From the NCBI GenBank assembly GCA_951406725.2, contig OX597816.1:14446001-14510000 (forward strand): a stretch of DNA of 64,000 nt. The letters are read 5' to 3'. Position numbers and translations under genes: made by a program. Of the stretch, positions 55,164 to 64,000 are shown one piece after another; the first letter of the stretch is position 1; each line of letters opens with the position of its first letter. The stretch is from Octopus vulgaris. Its lineage: Eukaryota. The notes beneath the pieces were generated by a model, which was not told the DNA's origin, made no database searches, and saw only the letters and a program-made list of their open reading frames with translations.

Positions 55164-55194
<31 letters not shown>

Positions 55195-55203
55195 CATACA
55201 GAA

Positions 55204-55238
<35 letters not shown>

Positions 55239-55517
55239 AGTGTGCAGGCACGCTTATATATTTCCCATATGTTGAAGATGATAGTGTATTGTTTAGCGAG
55301 TTTGTGTTTACACAATAAAAAATGTAAAATAGGTTAGCGTAGGCATAGTCACTGATATATCTGGAAATCTGCACTGACGTTATCTCCATCATATCGGTGG
55401 AATATCTGCAACCGCAGAATTTTTGGGAGACATTATCATATTTTTATATAGTTCACAAAATCAAACAGGTGTACTTCAAGAATTAAAATATACTTGCGAA
55501 AACACTGTTGATGTATT

Positions 55518-55576
<59 letters not shown>

Positions 55577-55679
55577 TCCTTTGTCTCTCTGTCTGTCTAA
55601 CTACCCCTCTCTCTCTCCCACTTTATCTATATATAATACATATATATTATAAATATATATATTTATAATATATATGTAT

Positions 55680-55860
55680 TCTTTTCTACTCTAATCACAA
55701 GGGCCGAAATTTTGGGGGAGGGGGCCAGTCTATTAGATCGACCCCAGTACGCAACTGGTACGTGATTAATCGACCTCGAAGGGATGAAAGCCAAAGTCGA
55801 CCTCGGCGGAATTTGAACTCAGAACGTAAAGACAGACGAAATACAGCTAAGCATTTCGCC
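55680..55860 (-). mobile_element. SINE family B with a third tail variant
   Basis: B core plus tail TGGCCCCCTCCCCCAAAATTTCGGCCCTTGTG..TAGAGTAGAAAAGA. Confidence 0.85.
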
Positions 55861-55879
55861 TATAATATATATATATCAT

Positions 55880-55931
<52 letters not shown>

Positions 55932-56289
55932 CGCGTATTTATCTGCGCATATATATGTGTATGTGTGTGTGTTTGTATGTATACATGTGTATATATAAAT
56001 ATAATGTACTAATAGTACTGCTCCACACTGAATTAATCTATACGTAGGCGTTTGTGTTTTAAGTTCACACGAAAAACAAAAACAACCTCTCAAAAATGAA
56101 AAAAAATAACAATAACAATAATAATAATAAAAGCAAAAAGAAAACAAAAACAAAAATACAACAAACATTTGTGTGGGCAGCTGAAAGTAAAATTTATCAG
56201 AAGCACACTCTTATTGCCAAATCTCCATATCATAAACTATGTTTAAAAAACAGCAAAACATAAGAATATACAAACAGAAGTCTTCCCCT

Positions 56290-56333
<44 letters not shown>

Positions 56334-56759
56334 GTAGTAGTAGTAGTAGTTTTTATGTAATTCCAGTTAATACTTTCCATACTCCAATTTCATTCTTCAC
56401 AAACTGAAGTTTTCTTTATCGCATGTTACGTATTGTACACGATTCTATATATGTATGTATGTTTAGATGTATAAGCATGGTATTTTTATCTTCTTTTTAT
56501 ATTTTGTTCATGTCATCGATTTAAACCTCAGCATTCTTGTTAGATAGTTAATTCTAGAATGTTTTTATTTGCCACCATCCTAAAAGATAATATACATACA
56601 TATATGTATGTATGTAAGTATGTACGTATGTATAGGTAGGTAGGTAGATAGGTAGGTAGGTAGATAGATATAGGGAGAATTCACAAAAGACAAAAGACGA
56701 CGACAGGTGGTGTAGACAACAAACAGATGTATTAGTATAACGCTCGGGAATTGAAAAAG

Positions 56760-56797
56760 TCTTTAATGTTTCGAGCCTACGCTCTTCCACAGAAAGG
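56760..56797 (-). ncRNA. Second copy of the minimal hammerhead-like motif (repeat at about 56672-56845)
   Basis: CCUUU-CUGUGGA-A-GAGC(GUAG)GCUC-GAAA-CAUU-AAAGA; flanks homologous to 36410-36600. Confidence 0.5.
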
Positions 56798-57340
56798 AAC
56801 ACAAAGAAGCTAGGAGAGAAAATAAAGAATGCGTAGTGGTTAGCGATACATATATATGTATGTATATGTATATATGTTTGTATGCATGTAAATATATGCA
56901 TGTATATATATATATACATATATACATATGTTTATATATACATACACACATATATATATACATATTACATATGTATGTATGCTTGTATGTATGTCCATAT
57001 ATGTACTTATGCATATATAAAAATACATACATACATACGTACGTACCTACGTACGCATGTATGTATGTATGTATGTTTGTATGTAAGTATGTATGTATGT
57101 ATGTACTGGTGATGAAGGAAGAAGATAAAGGTTTTCAGCAAAATGTTGTTTAGTTATTTAACTCTTGTCATTTTGGTTATTCTTAATTTCAGATTAAGTT
57201 AATTAAACCAATATTGATTACAGAGACAGAGAGAAAAATTCATTTCAATCAATGCATAAAACTTCATAGATTTTTTTTGCTTCAAAATTTTTGCCGTTTA
57301 GCTCAAGAACAATCCTAATTTTCGCAGACTTATGACTAAA

Positions 57341-57751
57341 GGCGCAGGAGTGGCTGTGTGGTAAGTAGCTTGCTAACCAACCACGTGGTTCTGGGTTCAG
57401 TCCCACTGCGTGGCATCTTGGGCAAGTGTCTTCTGCTATAGCCCCGGGCCGACCAATGCCTTGTGAGTGGATTTGGTAGACGGAAACTGAAAGAAGCCTG
57501 TCGTATATATGTATATATATATATGTGTGTGTATGTATGTGTATGTGTGTGTGTGTGTTTGTCCCCCAAGCATTGCTTGACAACCGATGCTGGTGTGTTT
57601 ACGTCCCCATCACTTAGCGGTTCGGCAAAAAGAGACCGATAGATTAAGTACTGGGCTTACAAAGAATAAGTCCCGGGGTCGATTTGCCCGACTAAAGGCG
57701 GTGCTCCAGCATGGCCGCAGTCAAATGACTGAAACAAGTAAAAGAGTAAAG
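57341..57751 (+). mobile_element. SINE family A, full length
   Basis: Consensus head, microsatellite and tail. Confidence 0.92.
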
Positions 57752-57987
57752 ACTAGAGTTATTGCCCTCCTGTTCTTTCCTCAGGCATTGCGCATCTAGG
57801 ACTTCGTTACCCAACGTGTACCGCGCTTGTCAAAATGATAAAGTGTAAATTAAAGGAGATTTTTTAATCTTCCAGCAATATCTGCGCGTATACCTACATA
57901 CACACACACACACACACACATAAAAGCATAAAAAATTTTAACATCTCTCCTCCATCTTTGATTGCTGGTTGAGTTTATATGGAATTA

Positions 57988-58113
57988 TCTATATATATAA
58001 AACTGAGAATGTGCGTCTGTCTGTCTGTGAATCCCTAAAACTTGAGAACTACACAACCAATTTCCTTCAAATTTTACACATGCCTTACATAGGGTACATG
58101 GAATGTTACGGGC
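57988..58113 (+). mobile_element. Helitron-like 5' fragment
   Basis: A|TCTATATATATAAAA..GTCTGTCTGT..CCAATTTCCTTCAAATTTTACAC, same layout as the 5' end of the 17582-17956 element. Confidence 0.5.
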
Positions 58114-58116
58114 ATT

Positions 58117-58243
58117 GCTCTGGGCACTGTTGAGCTCACTGTACACTGCTACCGGCCCCGCAGTGAGCACTACGGCGACCAGAGCTCGCTCTGGGCACCG
58201 TTGGGCTCACTGTACACTGCTACCGGCCCCACAGTGAGCGCTA
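58117..58243. repeat. GC-rich 71-bp tandem unit (1.8 copies), each unit self-complementary
   Basis: GCTCTGG..GCTCACTG-loop-CAGTGAGC..CCAGAGC, repeated at 58188. Confidence 0.85.
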
Positions 58244-58329
58244 TATATATCTGTGTGTGTGTGTGTGTGTGTGCGTGTGTGTGTGTGTGTGATATAATAT
58301 ATAATTGTTATATAACATATATATATATA

Positions 58330-58403
<74 letters not shown>

Positions 58404-58445
58404 ACAAAGTGAAGTTGTAAGGTACCGCACGAGTGGACATATATA

Positions 58446-58576
58446 TGAAAGAAGGTTTGAAAATGCAATTTTAAAGATGTTTATTCACTTGACCGGTTTG
58501 ACAATCTTTTTCTAAAAAAGTGAAACCGGTCAAGTGAATAAACATCTTTTAAATTGCATTTTCAAACCTTCTTTCA
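58446..58576. repeat. 131-bp palindrome whose arms start with the hammerhead half-site GAAACCGGUC
   Basis: About 54-bp near-perfect arms; centre GACAATCTTTTTCTAAAAAAGT. Confidence 0.85.
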
Positions 58577-58583
58577 CACACAC

Positions 58584-58631
<48 letters not shown>

Positions 58632-59297
58632 CGCGTATAGATAATACATGTATTTATTTAATATCAGCTCGGTAATAACCTCATAACTTTGCATTTCAAA
58701 GCTCCTATACGGTTATCGGCTACCATATGCCGCAAATAACAGCTTCTAACATTGCACAGAAACAATTGTTGTGATTTTTGATTAAAGCCTGTTCATTCAA
58801 CTTTCTTGTTTTATAAATTTCTCTGTGTGCGTGTCTGTGCGTGTATGCATACTTGCTTAAACCCCATGGTAGGCTTACAGTCTCAATATTATCTATCTCA
58901 CTATGTTCAGTAGAAAAGTTTTAGGTGAACACGTTTTAGGAACGGATTAAAGGCTATCAACCTATCGTACATGACAGTCAGACATAGCTACTGACTTAAG
59001 ATATCCTTTTAACATTACTTTTCAGCGTGGCTCGTTCTCGTGATATGATTTCGAATGCATCATTTCGTATCTATCCTCGCATACCAATTTTCTTTTTCTT
59101 TTTATATAAAGCGGACGGTCTAAGCAATTCATAGGATACTGCCAGGAAATAAATAGTTTATGAACGAGTGGTTATTGCTTTGCAGCTAATTCAAACATAT
59201 CAAAGCAGGGTGTGGAACTCGTAAGCTGTATAATAGAAAGAGCATATGTAAGCAATAACGATCAACCGCATATAATCACCGCGTAGATTTACTCCGA

Positions 59298-59346
<49 letters not shown>

Positions 59347-59519
59347 CATGCACACACACATTCCCACATCCATACTTTCACACATGCATACATACATACA
59401 GACAACCATACATGCATACATGCAAAGAAATACTCGTATACCGCATACACATATATATACACACGCATATACATCCATGTGTGTATTTCATACGAACCAA
59501 TAAACATGTGTGTGTATGT

Positions 59520-59606
<87 letters not shown>

Positions 59607-59725
59607 TGTATGTGCGTGTAGTATTAAATTGTCGTGGATGACAACTTCATAGGAATTTACAAGCTGAAAGTCGATGTCTTAGCGATAAGTTTTATCAATA
59701 ACTGTGAGTCCTTTTCGATGTTATT

Positions 59726-59785
<60 letters not shown>

Positions 59786-59786
<1 letters not shown>

Positions 59787-59842
59787 CGGTCACCGCCTGG
59801 AATCGTAACCCCAAGATTCCGAGTTCGATTCCAGGCAGTAAT

Positions 59843-59845
<3 letters not shown>
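59786..59845. mobile_element. Short tRNA B-box palindrome between (TTA)n and (TAA)n
   Basis: CCGGTCACCGCCTGGAATCG / CGATTCCAGGCAGTAATCTG; contains GAGTTCGATTCC. Microsatellite polarity flips across it. Confidence 0.65.
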
Positions 59846-59901
<56 letters not shown>

Positions 59902-59907
59902 GAAGAA

Positions 59908-59943
<36 letters not shown>

Positions 59944-59973
59944 TGATAATAATAATAATAATAATAATAATAA

Positions 59974-60222
59974 ACAATTCCTATCATAGTAGGTGCATTA
60001 GGTATGATAAAAAATATTCAGACAAATACATAACAAAAACACCAGGACTTACAAACACATATAACATACAGAAAATTGCACTACTAGGCACTGCACACAT
60101 CCTACGCAGAACACTTTCCATACAATAACCATCAGAGCATCACAACAAATCACAGCACATACCCAAGGCACACAGGGCTGCGCTCGGTAGTGAAGTGAAA
60201 GCACGCTATAAAAATAAAACTA

Positions 60223-60225
<3 letters not shown>
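59974..60225 (+). mobile_element. R4/Dong RLE 3' end in (TAA)n
   Basis: TIPIIVGALGMI(frameshift)KKYSDKYITKTPGLTNTYNIQKIALLGTAHILRRTLSIQ* plus about 100-bp 3'UTR; long TAA arrays on both sides. Confidence 0.88.
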
Positions 60226-60308
<83 letters not shown>

Positions 60309-60313
60309 TGATG

Positions 60314-60442
<129 letters not shown>

Positions 60443-60455
60443 AGAAGAAGAAAAA

Positions 60456-60802
60456 TTGTTGACTGATACTTTACTTTATTGAGCTGAAAGGGATGAAGGA
60501 CAAAGATGACTTCGGCGGGATTTGAACGTAAGGAGCCGAAAGCAATATCGATCGGCATTTTGTCCGACGTTCTAATCATTCTCCCAAATTTTGGCACAAG
60601 GCCAGCAATTTCGGAGAAAGTGAGCGAATCGATTATATCGCCTCTAGTGTTCGACTGGTACATATTTTATCGACCCTGAAAGGACGAAAGGCGAAATCGA
60701 ACCTAAAACATAAACATGGACGAAATGCCGCCATCTTGCGGCCTTCTTTCTCTGTACTATATTAATATTGACTTCAAATTTTGGTACAAGGCCAGCAAGT
60801 TC
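60456..60802 (-). mobile_element. Degenerate SINE family B pieces
   Basis: CAAATTTTGGCACAAGGCCAGCAATTTCGG..TTTATCGACCCTGAAAGGACGAAAGGC. Confidence 0.7.
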
Positions 60803-60879
60803 GTCTCCTTCTTCACCACATTAATATTGATTCTAATTAAACATTAGTAATATCAATAACTTAGAGTTTTACGTTAACA

Positions 60880-61320
60880 TTGACCAAAGGAATGTGTCTA
60901 GAAAAAGCGCAAAGAACACAGAATCGAGAACACATTTTACAGAATTTGATTGGTTATTAACCATCGAGAACACACTGTACAGAATTTGATTTGGTTAGTA
61001 ACCACTAGGATTTCAAATAATTGCCTGGATATGTTTTAGATTTGGACTTTCTGACGTCAATGAACGAAATACGAGGAACACAGCAGCACTGAAACATGTT
61101 CCTCACTAGCGATAACTTCTTAAGAAACACACAAAAGTCGAACAGGTCGCGGTCTTAAAGCGACGAAAATATTTCGACAAATTAAACTTAAATGTTGAAG
61201 TGAATCGAACGGCTTTTGTGTGTTTCTTAAATGGCTTACAAACAACTCACACGCTGCAATTGTTTTCGTTCCAGCACACGATCTCAGATCAAGTCACTCG
61301 CTATGCAAGTACATCTCCGA
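60880..61320. mobile_element. Unclassified DNA-transposon-like repeat with internal 39-bp duplication
   Basis: Terminal 100 bp shared with 42994-43090; ATCGAGAACACA..TACAGAATTTGATT occurs twice; internal inverted AAGAAACACACAAAAG/CTTTTGTGTGTTTCTT. Confidence 0.55.
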
Positions 61321-61528
61321 TAACCTCTTAATCAATTATAAAGAATTATAGAAACCGTTTATCATTTTAAAGAAAACCAATTTCATCTAACGATTTGTTG
61401 ATCAAATGGAGTAACATTATTATCAAGAACTGGATGATATTGTTGTTGTTGTTGTTGTTGTTGCCGTCGCTGTAGTTGTTTAACTTTAAGTAACCTTTAT
61501 GAAAGAAATTTATAATCAAAGGTATTCA

Positions 61529-62002
61529 CACGAATGGGTGCTGAAAAATTACTGGCTTTGGGTAAAAGAAAATACAAGGGATCAGTTAATTATGATTTTA
61601 TTCAACGTATCAATATATTTCTTTACTGCCCACAAGGGGCTAAACATAGAGGGGACAAACAAGGACAGACAAACGGATTAAGTCGATTATATCGACCCCA
61701 GTGCGAAACTGGTACTTTATTTATCGACCCCCAAAGAATGAAAGGCAAAGTCGAACTCAGCGGAATTTGAACACAGAACGTAACGGCAGACGAAATACTG
61801 CTAAGCATTTCACCCGGCGTGTTAACGATTCTGCCAGCTCGCATCAATATAACCACTCTCACATTCACACATGTACTGCAGCGGTTTTTCAGTTTTTCTA
61901 AGACCTGTAAAAGGTCTCGGAAGCCCTGTAAAAGAACTTGGGCCTCCAACAAGACCTTTCGCGATAACCCTAAAGCCAGGAACTTTTCAGTACCCCCTCG
62001 TG
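61529..62002. mobile_element. mariner-type MITE interrupted by a SINE B (61618-61842, minus, TSD ATCAATATA)
   Basis: TIRs CACGAATGGGTGCTGAAAAATTACTGGCTTT / AAAGCCAGGAACTTTTCAGTACCCCCTCGTG; SINE TSD at 61609-61617 and 61843-61851. Confidence 0.8.
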
Positions 62003-62034
62003 TATATATGTATGTATAAAAAAATGTCAAACAA

Positions 62035-62392
62035 TGGGGGAGGGGACTAGTCGATTACATCGACCCCAGTGCGTAACTGGTACTTAATTTATCGACCCCG
62101 AAAAGATGAAAGGCAAAGTCGACCTCGGCAGAATCTAAACTCAGAACTCAGATGAAATACCTATTTCTTTATTACCCTCAAGGGGCTAAACATAGAGGGG
62201 ACAAACATGGACAGACATAGGTATTAAGTCGATTATATCGACCCCAGTGCGTAACTGGTACTTAATTTATCGACCCCGAAAGGATGAAAGGTAAAGTCGA
62301 CCTCGGCGGAATTTGAACTCAGAACGTAACGACAGACGAAATACGGCTACGCATTTCGCACAGCGTGCTAACGTTTTTGCCAGCTCGCCGCC
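62035..62392 (-). mobile_element. SINE family B, nested dimer
   Basis: Junction GAAATACC|TATTTCT at 62161/62162. Confidence 0.9.
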
Positions 62393-63161
62393 TTAAAAAT
62401 TTCAAATAATGTTAAACCAGTAAACCACCAATCAGAACTTAAAATGAGTGAAAGACAGAGAGAGACAGCGACAGACACACATACACAGATATACACACAC
62501 ACATACACACAAATAGACAGACAGACAGACAGACAGACAGAGAGATTGAGGGGGACAGAGTGAGACAGACGGAGAGAGCGGTAAAGTCTATACCAAAAAA
62601 AAATACTCATTGCGGTTCCTGGCCACTTCAAAGTATGGCAGTTTTATGAAAATATTTTTTTTTTTACAACATAGCAAGGCATCAAAGTGAATATGGTATG
62701 TGCACGTGAGTGTGTGTGTGTGTGTGATTGCACTTGTGTGAGTTGAGCTTATGTTAACAGGTATCGCTATCATATCGCCCCGTGTGAAAATATCTGATAA
62801 AATAAGTGACTATCGTTTGACGTCATTACTACATCCGGTGTTGTGATTGGGAAGACGTCATTAAGCAGAACAGCAGAACGACAGTTCTGGATCATTGAGC
62901 ATTTGCGGAATTTAGCGATGGTACAATATGTGTGTATATGTGTGTGTATATGTGTGTGTATGTGTGTGTGCGTGCGTTCTATATGTATGTACGTATATAG
63001 ATGATACATGCACACACGAACAAAACAGAAAGGAAATGGTAATATATATACACACACATATACACACATATATATATACACATATATATATCATATTTAC
63101 ATATATGCATACATATATACATCTACTTATGTACTTATATATCTAAATATATTGATATATT

Positions 63162-63194
<33 letters not shown>

Positions 63195-63315
63195 GTGCGT
63201 GTGCGTATATTTCTGAGTGAGTGTGTGTGTGTATATATGTATGCTCATACAGATATCACATGCATATACGTGCATATATTACATTATATATGCATAGATA
63301 AATATATGTAAATAC

Positions 63316-63522
63316 CTATGTATGTGTATATAAATGTATGATAGCACGTGTGTGCGTATAAACATATCTTTGTATGTAGAGGTACATATATGTAGGAATA
63401 TATATTCTCATTATAACTTCTATGTATGTGTATATAAATGTATGATAGCGTGTGTGTGCGTATAAACATATCTTTGTATGTAGAAGAACATATATGTAGG
63501 AATATGTATATTCGCATTATAA
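63316..63522. repeat. 104-bp tandem duplication
   Basis: CTATGTATGTGTATATAAATGTATGATAGC... starts at 63316 and again at 63420. Confidence 0.9.
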
Positions 63523-63915
63523 TCACTTAACGCATTAACATTTTTCTCGCCGAAAATCAAGCAGAGAAGAATTAACATGAAAGACCATTTATGCAAATTT
63601 GTTCACAGAATAAATGTCGCAATTTGTCCACTACGTGCTGCCGGTTCGTTTATTTGTGAAGCTTAATCACGGAAAAGATAATATTGTCTCCTTCTTAAAC
63701 CCGTTATCGTTAATTCTCGCTTTCCTTTTCTCTGACACTTCCCTTTTGCTCTCTTTATCACTCTCTCACTTTGTGTGTGTGTGTGTGTGTATACATACAT
63801 TTATATATACACACATATATATATACATTCCATAACACTCTATACATATAAATACATTGCAGATTAGAGAATTGGAAACAGATGATTTGTGCAAGCGCTG
63901 TCAATGGAACGCTCC

Positions 63916-63955
<40 letters not shown>

Positions 63956-64000
63956 ACACAGGAAATGTGTCGATCGATATATGTATACTACCACGTTAAG

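Overview
AT-rich, microsatellite-saturated animal nuclear DNA with no intact protein-coding gene. The repeat families and a mollusc-type cox3 fragment point to a coleoid cephalopod, probably Octopus; this comes from recall, not a search. Nearly all ORFs in the track are translations of (TA)n, (CA)n, (TACA)n, (GATA)n, (TAA)n or (CCA)n repeats. The real content is: four tRNA-derived SINE families (my labels A-D, about 35 copies); decayed mariner, maT/DD37D, hAT and Helitron pieces; L1/Tx1-like and APE-LINE fragments; R4/Dong-like 3' ends in (TAA)n and, for a second family, in (TACA)n; a decayed cox3 NUMT with a possible atp6-like neighbour; and a few weak minus-strand exon candidates. Four signals stand out. 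(1) Minimal type-I hammerhead motifs, two with a variant CUGUNGA core. (2) Asymmetric palindromes inserted in microsatellites, some with hammerhead half-sites and two built on tRNA-like sequence, which suggests Penelope-mobilised non-autonomous elements. (3) A young SINE-B tail joined to exactly the same base of other SINE-B copies five times. (4) The (TACA)n-associated R4-like family. Coordinates were read by eye and may be a few bases off.
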